From positions 1-55,253 of the forward strand of contig JAZKAJ010000017.1 of assembly GCA_040389185.1 (NCBI GenBank): a stretch of 55,253 nt of DNA, written 5' to 3'. The notes beneath the pieces were generated by a model. That model did not search any database. It had not been told where the DNA came from and was given only the letters and a program-made list of their open reading frames with translations. Position numbers and translations under genes: made by a program. This DNA is from Patescibacteria group bacterium. Its GTDB lineage: Bacteria > Patescibacteriota > Minisyncoccia > Phycocordibacterales > CAIRYW01. Positions 28,520 to 38,384 of this stretch are shown piece by piece (positions within the stretch are counted from its first letter, which is position 1; each line of letters begins with the position of its first letter).

Positions 28520-28566
28520 ATACCCGAGCAGCGAAATTTTGTAACAAAATTTCGCTGCTCGGGTAT
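28520..28566. repeat. 47-bp palindrome (22-bp arms, 3-nt loop)
   Basis: ATACCCGAGCAGCGAAATTTTG-TAA-CAAAATTTCGCTGCTCGGGTAT. Confidence 0.92.
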
Positions 28567-28682
28567 ATACAACGGACTAATATTAGGTGTATAATTATAT
28601 TGTATATTTCTCATACGAATGCCCCCTATTTTCTGCAAAAGATTTTGATATAAGAGAATAAGAATCTTCCATTTTCAAAAAA

Positions 28683-31600
28683 ATGTTTTTCAAAAAAATA
28701 ATTCAAAATAAAGTCAAACTATTATTGGTTCTTATTTTTATGTGTGCAATCACACACCTTGGAGTCAAATCTACTTTTGCTACAGATGTCACACTCGGCT
28801 CATATGCATACACCGTTCATAGTAATACTGAATTTATACGACTTAGTGATAATGTAGTTTCCCGTACTTTGACCTATTCTTCAACCATAAATGACCCAGT
28901 CGGTTTTACAGCTTCACCTGACGATAATCTAAAACCAAAAAATATTGTCGTTTCAGATGCAGATGGAAACAAAATGCAGATATATTTTAATTCGAAGGGA
29001 TTTATAAATTCGATTGTAGATAGTAAAAATGGGAAAACATACGAATCAAATGTTACTAGTGCCGCACTAGGTTCACTTGAATTACAAACCGCTCTGAACG
29101 ATTTGGGGAAAATTTCGGGATATAATGGAGATTTATTTAAAGATGTGTGGAAGCAGAAAAATATTTATTACAATAAAGACATAATAGCAAAGTTACAATC
29201 TGCACCAGCAGATCATGTTGCAAGATGTGATGTCAACTCAACATTTGGAACCAATGTGCGAGAAGCTGTTGTCAAAGGAGGCCTTTCATCTGCAGATGGT
29301 GATGCTATGCAATTAGCGTTAAAGGGACAGGCTCCTTGGACAAGAGATCTCGCAACAAAATTTAGCAGCATCATATATGCATATTTAGGTAGAGATGCTA
29401 GCAAGCCAAACGAAGATGCAAGCTGGTTTGATGTATTTGGGAATTTATCTAAACTAGATGATTTATTGCTTGAAAATATACAAATAAACTCCCTTGATGA
29501 AGCAAAACGAACAATAGAATGTGCCGATGTTGCAGCAATGACACAAGACGAAAGAACCACCGCGATTGGAGCATACCAGAAACTTAATGAGGGTGGTGGT
29601 ACTGCTTCACTATCGGGTACCCAATTAGGAGCTGTTAAGGCCTCGGGAGGAGGATTAACTGCAGGAGGAGGAGCGGGGAGTGCACCCGAAGTTGCAGGAG
29701 AAGTTTCAGGTGCAGTAAATAGTCCCGCCCAGGATGATTCTAACGAAAAACTAGACCAGTGTTTTAAACTTGAAGGTTATATACCAGGATTCACCTTAAA
29801 CCCAAGTGCCTGTTTTGCAGAATTCCTTTATTTTATCCTCAGTATCCTTGCATTCTTCTTGGGTGCGGTTGGCTTGTTTTTCAACACCGTATTTGATGTC
29901 ACACTCGTTAATATGAAGGCGAATGTTAACAGTATTGGAATCGTAAGCACCGGATGGGCAACGATCCGAGATTTTGCCAACATTCTCTTTATTTTTATGC
30001 TTCTTTATCTTGCGATCTCTACTATACTTCAACTTGATGATCATGGAGTCAAGAAAGGATTGAGTAGACTTATTGTTGGTGCAGTACTTATCAATTTCAG
30101 TCTCTTCTTTGTTAAAATTCCGATCGATATATCCAATCTTCTTGCAATAGAAATATATGACACAATGAAAGTCAATGGTACACAGAGCTCTGGGGCAGAT
30201 AGTAACGCTACGTTTGGACTTGGAGACACATTGATGGCAATGTTTTCTCCACAAAAGGTATTTGACAACAGTAGTCTTGATCCAAAAACAATCAATCAAG
30301 CAGCAGCCAACAAAAAAAATCCAGAAGAGATAGGCTGGAACCTTAAGAAAAATCCAGTTACCACCTTTGCTATGGGAATTGTTGTCATATTTACAGCATT
30401 ACTCATATTCCTTTCAGTATGTATTATATTCATCAAGAGATTTATCACTCTCATAATGCTTATGATATTCTCGCCCTTGGCATTTGCGGGTATGGCGGTT
30501 CCAAATCATGATATTGAACATCAGATAAGTAACAAATTCTGGGGATCGCTTCTTCGCGAATCATTCTATGCTCCTGTATTTATGTTTATGATGTATCTCA
30601 CGATCAAAACTGGAGAATCATTGAATACTTTGGCAGTAAGCTCAACTAGCCAAGGCTGGCTTGCTGATCTTACAACCGTTCCTGTTGCAAATGTTATTAG
30701 CTATTCAGTTGTTATAGGAATGATGATATTCTCGCTTACTGTTTCTGAAACAATGGGAGTCAAAGGCGCGAGTGCTGCTGTAGGTGCCTTTGAGGGGATG
30801 AGAGGATGGACAGCAGGATGGGTAGGCAAAAATACTGCAGGAACATTGGCATACAACCTTCTTGAAAAACATAATTTCGGTACCCAAACACTCAAGCAGA
30901 TGAGACAGGGTATGATAGGTGGCAAACTTGTATCAAATCCGGTGCTGCGAGGTATTACTCGAGGACTTGGTAATAGTATTACTTCAGGACTTGGAAAAGC
31001 TGGGGAGGGGCATCACCATGATATTGAAAGAGACATGGCATCAACCAAGGACACATTAAACGAACTTCGAGATGATCCAGAAAAACAGGCCGCCCTTATT
31101 GGGGAAATGATGAAAGGTGAGAAAAAGCTTGGAGGGCTAATACACCCATATGATCAAAAAGTTGCCAAGTATGTTGGTACTGAAATGAAAGACGATCAAG
31201 TTGCCGCGATGGTGCAATTTATGAAAGACGCAGGCAAAGACAAAGAGGCTGCGGCCCTCGTAGACTATCTCGGTAAAGATAGAAGAAGAAATGTGCAGGA
31301 ATTGATCGACAACAGTGCTACTCGATACCACAAAGTTAAATTGGGTGACTATGCAGATGGAATGAGGTTAGCTGACGAGTGGCAAAATAATCACGGAGTG
31401 ATTAAGGTTGACGATGGACATGGTGGAACCGACACTCTTAGTGGTGCCGAGGCTATCAAACACATGAGAGAAAATTATGATGCAATTGATGCGAATAATC
31501 CTAATACAGTAAGTAAAAGCCGAATCGAAAGCAAGCTTAATACACTATTTGAAAACTTTAGTGAGAAGCAAACAACAGGTATTTTGCAGGGATTGAGTTC

Positions 31601-32609
31601 TGAACAGCAGAAAACGCTCTCTGAACAGCCCGCATTTCAAGCATTGGCTCGTCAAAAATTGACCAACTTCCGAATGATCGAAACTGCAATGAAAAATGGA
31701 ATGGAAAAACCTCTCCAGGATGAATTGAGTAAGGTGGCTTATGAAGGATTGGCGAGAACACAATTGGCAGATAAACTTAGAATGCCAGGCGCGAAAAATA
31801 ATCATGTATTACAAGCTGAATGGAAGGCGATATCCAATGGAATTGATTTCGATGATTATGAATCAGGATTCCGAATGGTCACTAACGCGCAGGGACAACA
31901 AGTAAGACAAGCATTAAATACTAAAAATGACGATATGACATTTGCAAATGCAAAGCAAAACTTTACCCGATTTGCATCTTCGAATAAAGAGTACGAAAAT
32001 ACAGTCAAAGAAGCTGAAGTTCAACAGGAAATTACAAAGATAGCAAATAAATCAAAGCAGGCAGAGGATGCAATACAAACCAATCTAGTAAAAGCTACGC
32101 AAGCAGCACTAACGGCTCAAACACTTGCTCAGGGAGCAGCAACAGCTCAAACACTGGAAGCGGCAAAGAAAGCGTTTGAAGAAGCAAAAGCTGCAGCCAA
32201 GGAATTAAATGACAACGCACAATTAGCTCTCTTACAAGCACAAGAAACGCAAGCGGCGGCGGCGGCGGCAGTTGCTAATGGAATAACGACAGGCGCATCT
32301 CAAACAATTCGAACGGCGCAAGCACAAGTAGAAGCTCAACAATCACTCCGAGTACAAAGATTGCAAGCATTGTCACAGCCTGGACAAGCAACACACCAAG
32401 CAATTCAAGCGGCTCAAGCCGCTGAACAGAATGCAACTCAGGCCCTTCAATCAATACAATCTCGAATCAATCAAGCAACAGCAGCTCAACAGGCAGCAGC
32501 ACAAGCAACAGCAGCACAAGCAACAGCAGCTCAGCAAGCAGCGCAACAGGCAGCAGCTCAGGCCGCACGGCAGGCTAGAGCGGGTCAGACTCGGGAGATT
32601 CAACCTTAA
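28683..32609 (+). CDS. Large VirB6/TrbL-like polytopic membrane protein with Ala/Gln-rich C-terminal coiled coil
   Basis: Central TM bundle (GWATIRDFANILFIFMLLYLAISTIL, LINFSLFF, IFSPLAFAG) in a PrgI/VirB4 context; C-terminal (QATAA/QQAAA)n. Confidence 0.65.
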   Translation: MFFKKIIQNKVKLLLVLIFMCAITHLGVKSTFATDVTLGSYAYTVHSNTEFIRLSDNVVSRTLTYSSTINDPVGFTASPDDNLKPKNIVVSDADGNKMQIYFNSKGFINSIVDSKNGKTYESNVTSAALGSLELQTALNDLGKISGYNGDLFKDVWKQKNIYYNKDIIAKLQSAPADHVARCDVNSTFGTNVREAVVKGGLSSADGDAMQLALKGQAPWTRDLATKFSSIIYAYLGRDASKPNEDASWFDVFGNLSKLDDLLLENIQINSLDEAKRTIECADVAAMTQDERTTAIGAYQKLNEGGGTASLSGTQLGAVKASGGGLTAGGGAGSAPEVAGEVSGAVNSPAQDDSNEKLDQCFKLEGYIPGFTLNPSACFAEFLYFILSILAFFLGAVGLFFNTVFDVTLVNMKANVNSIGIVSTGWATIRDFANILFIFMLLYLAISTILQLDDHGVKKGLSRLIVGAVLINFSLFFVKIPIDISNLLAIEIYDTMKVNGTQSSGADSNATFGLGDTLMAMFSPQKVFDNSSLDPKTINQAAANKKNPEEIGWNLKKNPVTTFAMGIVVIFTALLIFLSVCIIFIKRFITLIMLMIFSPLAFAGMAVPNHDIEHQISNKFWGSLLRESFYAPVFMFMMYLTIKTGESLNTLAVSSTSQGWLADLTTVPVANVISYSVVIGMMIFSLTVSETMGVKGASAAVGAFEGMRGWTAGWVGKNTAGTLAYNLLEKHNFGTQTLKQMRQGMIGGKLVSNPVLRGITRGLGNSITSGLGKAGEGHHHDIERDMASTKDTLNELRDDPEKQAALIGEMMKGEKKLGGLIHPYDQKVAKYVGTEMKDDQVAAMVQFMKDAGKDKEAAALVDYLGKDRRRNVQELIDNSATRYHKVKLGDYADGMRLADEWQNNHGVIKVDDGHGGTDTLSGAEAIKHMRENYDAIDANNPNTVSKSRIESKLNTLFENFSEKQTTGILQGLSSEQQKTLSEQPAFQALARQKLTNFRMIETAMKNGMEKPLQDELSKVAYEGLARTQLADKLRMPGAKNNHVLQAEWKAISNGIDFDDYESGFRMVTNAQGQQVRQALNTKNDDMTFANAKQNFTRFASSNKEYENTVKEAEVQQEITKIANKSKQAEDAIQTNLVKATQAALTAQTLAQGAATAQTLEAAKKAFEEAKAAAKELNDNAQLALLQAQETQAAAAAAVANGITTGASQTIRTAQAQVEAQQSLRVQRLQALSQPGQATHQAIQAAQAAEQNATQALQSIQSRINQATAAQQAAAQATAAQATAAQQAAQQAAAQAARQARAGQTREIQP

Positions 32610-32615
32610 AATAAT

Positions 32616-33581
32616 ATGCAAAGATACACAAGCGACCAATACAGCAAAATATTTTGGAAACTCCCCACAGAGATACGGGATGTTATTTCTTCAGTCGAGA
32701 CAACCACTCATATCAATATCATAGGCAAAAAACACAATCTTCAAATAGATAAAATTGGTGATCTTGTCGATATTACATTAGACGTGATCATGGGGATAGT
32801 TGCGACAAAGGATTTTATCAAAGAGATACAAAATGATTTACATCTTTCCGCGCTCGAAGCATCAGTCCTTTCACGCGACATAGATGAAAATATATTCAAA
32901 CCGATTAAAGATCAAATGGTTCAACTATACGCGGGGAGAGCGCCGCACAAGCCATCGAGCTCACTTGTTCAATACTACGAAGAAGATGACGAACATCCAT
33001 CACTTGATAAACAAACCTTGCTTAAAGAGATAGAAGACCCTACACCCTCAGAAGTAAAAACAGAGACAGTGGTAACAATGGTTAAGAATACTAAAATCGA
33101 TACGCCAGTCATAGCAACAAATAAAGAGAAAGTAGAGCATACCAAACCTGAAACAGAAATTGTCGAGTATCATCAAGAAATAAGCCAAAAAGAAAACAAA
33201 GTAGTTGAAAAGCCAGCACTAGCATTCGATAAAAATTCTTATCTCATTCCAGAAAAACCTAAAGATGCAATAATACCAAACCCTATTGCTCCTCAGAAAT
33301 TCGAAACTATGCAAGCCAATAGACCTGATGCGACAAACATTCTCAATCAAATAGCATCACTCAAGCTCTCTCAAGCATTCGTAATGCCAAAAGGACCAGA
33401 AGGCATTGCGGAACTTGGAAAACTAGAGGCAGAACAGATGGGGAAATCGGCCGCCAAGATTCCTGAAGTAACGATACCAGTCACAAAAACATATACGGCT
33501 CCACCAATCGCACCAGCCCAAAACATTTCTCCAGAAGCAACACCTGCAGCAAAAATAGATCCATATAGAGAAAGAATATAA
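32616..33581 (+). CDS. Hypothetical protein with Pro/Lys/Glu-rich tail
   Basis: 321-aa ORF co-oriented in the cluster, ending DPYRERI. Confidence 0.75.
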   Translation: MQRYTSDQYSKIFWKLPTEIRDVISSVETTTHINIIGKKHNLQIDKIGDLVDITLDVIMGIVATKDFIKEIQNDLHLSALEASVLSRDIDENIFKPIKDQMVQLYAGRAPHKPSSSLVQYYEEDDEHPSLDKQTLLKEIEDPTPSEVKTETVVTMVKNTKIDTPVIATNKEKVEHTKPETEIVEYHQEISQKENKVVEKPALAFDKNSYLIPEKPKDAIIPNPIAPQKFETMQANRPDATNILNQIASLKLSQAFVMPKGPEGIAELGKLEAEQMGKSAAKIPEVTIPVTKTYTAPPIAPAQNISPEATPAAKIDPYRERI

Positions 33582-33618
33582 CAAAAAGCACCGCGCCTTA
33601 GGCGCGGTGCTTTTTGTT
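33580..33618. terminator. GC-rich palindromic terminator (GCACCG family)
   Basis: AACAAAAAGCACCGCGCC-TTA-GGCGCGGTGCTTTTTGTT. Confidence 0.85.
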
Positions 33619-33649
33619 CACTTACATTTATTAACAATTAATATTATAA

Positions 33650-34150
33650 TTGGATTACAATATGCAATACCAAGTTCCTCAATTCATCGAAATCGAAGAC
33701 AAGATATTTGGACCACTCACATTCAAACAGTTCGTATATGTTGCGGGTGGTGCTGGAATATGTTTTATCCTTTATCGATTTCTTCCAATGCCGTTCTCAC
33801 TCCTCGTTATTCTTCCTCTTGGAGGATTCGCAGGCGCACTCGCTTTTTATAAAGTAAACAACCGTCCATTTATTGATGCAGTTGAATCTGCAGTAAGATT
33901 CTACTTGGGCGATAAACTCTATCTCTGGCAAAAAAAGAACAAAGTATCGACACCGGAAGAGATCGCTCAAATACCAAAAGGAGGAATTTATGTTCCAAAA
34001 CTTTCACAATCAAGATTGAAGGAGCTCACGTGGAGCTTGGATATCAATGAAACGGTAGCAAACAATGCTACAATGAAACATGATGAGAGGCTGCAAACAT
34101 TTGAAGGATTGCCAACCGACATGTTCAAAGGACAAAATAATTTTAAATAA
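33650..34150 (+). CDS. PrgI-family (VirB3-like) membrane protein
   Basis: YQVPQFIEIEDKIFGPLTFKQF followed by two TM helices, upstream of VirB4. Confidence 0.82.
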   Translation: MDYNMQYQVPQFIEIEDKIFGPLTFKQFVYVAGGAGICFILYRFLPMPFSLLVILPLGGFAGALAFYKVNNRPFIDAVESAVRFYLGDKLYLWQKKNKVSTPEEIAQIPKGGIYVPKLSQSRLKELTWSLDINETVANNATMKHDERLQTFEGLPTDMFKGQNNFK

Positions 34151-34170
34151 TCTAATAGAATCCTTAAAAA

Positions 34171-34809
34171 ATGCCAACAACAGGTAAAAGCTCACAAGAT
34201 TTTATACCGATCAAGGAAATCCGTGATGGGGTGGTGGTGCTCAAAGACAACAGCATCCGTGGAGTTGTGATGACTTCATCTGTTAACTTTGCTCTTAAAA
34301 GTGCAGACGAGCAGAACGCTATCATCTATCAATTCCAAAACTTCTTAAACTCTATCAACTTCTCAATCCAAATATTCGCGCAATCGAGAAGACTTGATAT
34401 CAGGCCATATATTGCACTCCTCGAAACTGTCGAACGAGATCAGGAGAACGAACTTCTCAAGGTTCAAACCAAAGAATACATAGAATTTATAAAAACTTTT
34501 ACTACCAGTGTGAATATTATGACCAAAAGTTTTTTTATAGTTGTCTCTTACACACCTGCAATAATTCAGAATCAAAAAAGCTTTTTTTCTTTTTTTGGCA
34601 AAGGTAATAATGCCCAAACACAAAAAACAGAAAATTTTGAAGAGAACCGCACTCAGTTATTGCAAAGAATGGAAGTGGTGATGGCAGGGCTTACGAGATT
34701 AGGGGTTCGAGCGGTGCCACTTGGTACCGAGGAGCTTGTGGAGTTATATTACAAATTGTTCAACCCTGGAGATACAGAAAAACCAATCAACATAAGCCAG
34801 TTAAGCTAA
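34171..34809 (+). CDS. VirB4/TraC N-terminal-like accessory protein
   Basis: SSVNFALKSADEQNAI..FQNFLNS..IQIFAQSRRLDI; sits between PrgI and the ATPase. Confidence 0.6.
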   Translation: MPTTGKSSQDFIPIKEIRDGVVVLKDNSIRGVVMTSSVNFALKSADEQNAIIYQFQNFLNSINFSIQIFAQSRRLDIRPYIALLETVERDQENELLKVQTKEYIEFIKTFTTSVNIMTKSFFIVVSYTPAIIQNQKSFFSFFGKGNNAQTQKTENFEENRTQLLQRMEVVMAGLTRLGVRAVPLGTEELVELYYKLFNPGDTEKPINISQLS

Positions 34810-34830
34810 ATATAAGTTAATCAACCATAT

Positions 34831-36645
34831 ATGGGATTCATACAAAATTTATTAGGTAAAAAAGAAGAAAAACCACAAACAGTTACATCGATCTTGCCTC
34901 AAGAGATCTATGAGACTGGAGTTTTGGAACTTAAAGATGTCATTGCGCCATCAGCACTCAAGGTCTCTCCTCGAGAATTGAATCTTGGAGACAAGATTGC
35001 TCGAACATTCTTCGTTATTTCTTACCCACGATTTCTTACAGAGAGCTGGTTTGCCCCGATCATCAACCTTGATCGTATCTTCGATATTTCAATATTTATT
35101 CACCCACTTGATACTGCACAAGTTCTAAGACAGTTCCAAAAAAAAGTTGCTGAAGTACAAAGCCAGATCGCAATGCGAGAAGAAAAAGGACTTGTCCGTG
35201 ATCCAGTGTTAGATACTGCATACCAAGATCTCGAACAACTACGAGACCAGCTCCAGCAGGCACAAGAAAGAATATTCGAGGTTGGCCTCTACCTCACTTT
35301 ATATGCAACTACAATTGAGGAGTTGGACAAAGTAGAATCAGAAATCAAATCCATACTTGAAGCAAAGCTTGTGTATATAAAACCCGCACTCTTTCAGCAA
35401 GAGCAAGGATTCCGGAGCGTTCTTCCAATAGGCAATGATGAGCTTAATGTAAACTCAAAACTGAACTCTTCTCCACTTTCATCACTTTTCCCATTCATTT
35501 CTTTTGACCTTACGTCAGACAAGGGAATACTCTATGGAGTAAATAGACATAACTCTTCACTCATCCTTTTCGATAGATTTTCACTTGAAAACTACAACTC
35601 AGTAACATTCGCAAAGGCTGGTTCTGGAAAAAGTTATGCAACAAAACTCGAAATTCTTCGTTCACTTATGTTTGATACAGACGTGATTGTGATTGACCCT
35701 GAACGAGAATACGAATATCTCGCTGAAGCAACAGGAGGGCGATATTTTAATATTTCTCTTACTTCAGAACACCACATCAATCCATTTGATCTTCCAAAAC
35801 CTCGTGAGGATGAATCTCCAGCGGATGTGCTCCGATCAAACATCATTAACCTAGTGGGACTTTTTCGACTTATGCTCGGGGGTCTCACCTCAGAAGAAGA
35901 TGCGATTGTCGACAAAGCCATCACTGAAACCTATGCGCTCAAGGATATTACAGCAGACGCAGACTTTACCAATGCAGAACCGCCGCTTCTTTCAGACTTT
36001 CAGCTTGTGCTTGCAGGTATGACGGGAGGGGAGTCACTCGTACAAAGACTCGAAAAATACACCAAAGGCACATGGAGCGGATTCATTAACAAACCATCAA
36101 ACGTAGACATCAACAAAAAGTTTGTTACATTCTCGCTTCGAGATATGGAAGACGAACTTAAGCCTGTTGCGATGTATATTGTGATGCACTACATATGGAA
36201 TGCGATTCGAGAAAAGCTTAAGAAGAGACTTCTTGTGATCGATGAGGCATGGTGGATGATGAAGTCAGAAGATACAGCATCATTCCTTCTTTCGCTTGCA
36301 AAACGAGGGCGAAAATATTATTTAGGACTTGCAACAATTACTCAGGACGTTGAAGACTTTCTCAAATCTCCTTATGGGACACCGATTATTACCAACTCGT
36401 CAATCCAGATACTTCTCAAACAATCCCCATCATCTATAGATATGATCCAAAAGACATTCAATCTTACAGACGAAGAAAAATATCTATTACTCGAATCTGA
36501 TGTTGGGGAGGGAATCTTTTTTGCAGGACTTAAACATGTGGCTATAAAGATCATTTCTTCTTATACAGAAGATCAAATCATCACCTCTGATCCATCGCAG
36601 GTACTCGCAATCAAAGCTGCAAAACAAGGAAGAGAAGAGATTTAG
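34831..36645 (+). CDS. virB4: VirB4-family conjugative/T4SS ATPase
   Basis: Walker A AKAGSGKS, VIVIDPEREY, Walker B LLVIDEAW, KRGRKY..ITQD. Confidence 0.85.
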   Translation: MGFIQNLLGKKEEKPQTVTSILPQEIYETGVLELKDVIAPSALKVSPRELNLGDKIARTFFVISYPRFLTESWFAPIINLDRIFDISIFIHPLDTAQVLRQFQKKVAEVQSQIAMREEKGLVRDPVLDTAYQDLEQLRDQLQQAQERIFEVGLYLTLYATTIEELDKVESEIKSILEAKLVYIKPALFQQEQGFRSVLPIGNDELNVNSKLNSSPLSSLFPFISFDLTSDKGILYGVNRHNSSLILFDRFSLENYNSVTFAKAGSGKSYATKLEILRSLMFDTDVIVIDPEREYEYLAEATGGRYFNISLTSEHHINPFDLPKPREDESPADVLRSNIINLVGLFRLMLGGLTSEEDAIVDKAITETYALKDITADADFTNAEPPLLSDFQLVLAGMTGGESLVQRLEKYTKGTWSGFINKPSNVDINKKFVTFSLRDMEDELKPVAMYIVMHYIWNAIREKLKKRLLVIDEAWWMMKSEDTASFLLSLAKRGRKYYLGLATITQDVEDFLKSPYGTPIITNSSIQILLKQSPSSIDMIQKTFNLTDEEKYLLLESDVGEGIFFAGLKHVAIKIISSYTEDQIITSDPSQVLAIKAAKQGREEI

Positions 36646-36746
36646 GAGACTTGTAAGCTGGTGAGGTAGTAAGGTTGTCAGGAAATTTGAAGAAGTTTCA
36701 AATTTATTTAAAAATTTCAAATTCCTAATTTCCAATATCTAAATAA

Positions 36747-37343
36747 ATGCAAAACCAAAAAAGACTTTCGGGGAATACCCCAATACTTATGGTATTCTTG
36801 GCTTTTACGATAGATCTAGTTCAAATTGGACTCGATGCTATCGTGATTGGTGTCGTAGTGAATCGCCTTATAGATATTGCTGTCGGCTGGCTATTTTATC
36901 GTTGGTTTAAATCAAATGGTGTTGATTTCAAAAAAACGAGAGCATTAATATTTTTTGGATTAGCATTTTTAGAAATGTTGCCAGGAGTAGATGCATTCCC
37001 ATTATGGATTATTGATATAATCGCTGTAATTGTCAGTGTAAAAATAGAAGATGAATTAGGAATAAATACTGAAGCAGTTTTAAACAACCCTCGTGCTCAA
37101 AAACTTCTCAAAAGAGGTATAATAGGTGGAGTAACCGCGGTAGCAAAGAGAAGTGCAGCAGTAAGAGGGATACTCAACAAATCCGGATGGCCTCAAAATA
37201 ATGCAAATATAAATTCTGGAAAACAAAATAGCACTGAGAAAAGGAATATAGACAATACCCCGACACCAAACACTGTCAGGGACACCAAGATAAAAGAACA
37301 GCAAAATAGAAAATCAAATGCAAATAATAATGAGCAAAACTAA
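36747..37343 (+). CDS. Membrane protein of the T4SS-like cluster
   Basis: Several short hydrophobic segments and EMLPGVDAFP motif; polar C-tail. Confidence 0.7.
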   Translation: MQNQKRLSGNTPILMVFLAFTIDLVQIGLDAIVIGVVVNRLIDIAVGWLFYRWFKSNGVDFKKTRALIFFGLAFLEMLPGVDAFPLWIIDIIAVIVSVKIEDELGINTEAVLNNPRAQKLLKRGIIGGVTAVAKRSAAVRGILNKSGWPQNNANINSGKQNSTEKRNIDNTPTPNTVRDTKIKEQQNRKSNANNNEQN

Positions 37344-38346
37344 ATATCTCAAAACTTTTTTTATACTCTCTCTACTTTTCGTATTTCAAACTTTTGCATT
37401 TGCACAAGATACAATTCCGACCCAGATTCCAGACCTTGATGAACAAATTGATGTGACACTTGATCCGAGTTTTCCACAACCAGGTGAGCCTATTACCGTT
37501 ACCCTCGATGCATATGGAGTAGACCTCGATAATTCAAATATTTCTTGGACAGCAAATGGGACAACTATTCTTGAGGGAAAGGGACAAAAAGTATTGAAAA
37601 CAACAGCGGGCAAATCAGGCCAGATAACAACCATCAAAGCAGCGATCGATGCACCAAATAGTAAAGAAGTGATCAAAACAGTCACGATCAATCCACAAAG
37701 TGTTGATATTATTTGGGAAGCCGACACATACACTCCTCCATTTTATAAAGGAAAAGCGCTGTTTTCTGCAGAAGAGAAAGTTACATTTGTCGCAATGCCG
37801 AACCAAACAAGTGCAAAAAATACTATCTATAAATGGTCACAAGATGGGGAAGTACTTAAAGATCAGTCTGGATTTGGTAAAAACACTCTTCCATACGAAG
37901 GCGACATCCTCGCCGGGCAAGTGGATGTGAGTGTCGAAACAACAGATGGAACGCAAAATACCGCAAGCAATAATATTTCGATCGCTCCAACAAAGCCTGA
38001 AGTATATATGTATGAAAAAAACCCTCTCTATGGAACATTATTTAATAAAGAACTTTCAACTCTTTTTGATCTAGGAACAAATCAAGAGGGCACCCTTTCA
38101 ATCTATCCCTTCTTTTACGGGGTAACAAATAGAGGGGATAGCAAGCTTACGTACAACTGGAGTATCAATAACAACCCAATAGAAGTCCCTACAACTCAAA
38201 ACGATATGACTTTCCGAAACACAACCAATGTAGATGGTAAATCTGCTATTAATATCGACGTTATTAATACAGATAACTCGTTTGAAGATGTATCAAAAGG
38301 AACTCTTATTAATTTCAATAAACCAGGTAACCCGCTTTCGTTTTAA
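37330..38346 (+). CDS. Secreted beta-rich (Ig-like) protein
   Basis: Signal peptide ending AFA; repeated Y.W...G motifs (ISWTANG, YKWSQDG, YNWSINN). Confidence 0.7.
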   Translation: MSKTKYLKTFFILSLLFVFQTFAFAQDTIPTQIPDLDEQIDVTLDPSFPQPGEPITVTLDAYGVDLDNSNISWTANGTTILEGKGQKVLKTTAGKSGQITTIKAAIDAPNSKEVIKTVTINPQSVDIIWEADTYTPPFYKGKALFSAEEKVTFVAMPNQTSAKNTIYKWSQDGEVLKDQSGFGKNTLPYEGDILAGQVDVSVETTDGTQNTASNNISIAPTKPEVYMYEKNPLYGTLFNKELSTLFDLGTNQEGTLSIYPFFYGVTNRGDSKLTYNWSINNNPIEVPTTQNDMTFRNTTNVDGKSAINIDVINTDNSFEDVSKGTLINFNKPGNPLSF

Positions 38347-38384
38347 ATAAAGTTTTGTGTGGAGTGAGTTAGAAACTAACATAA

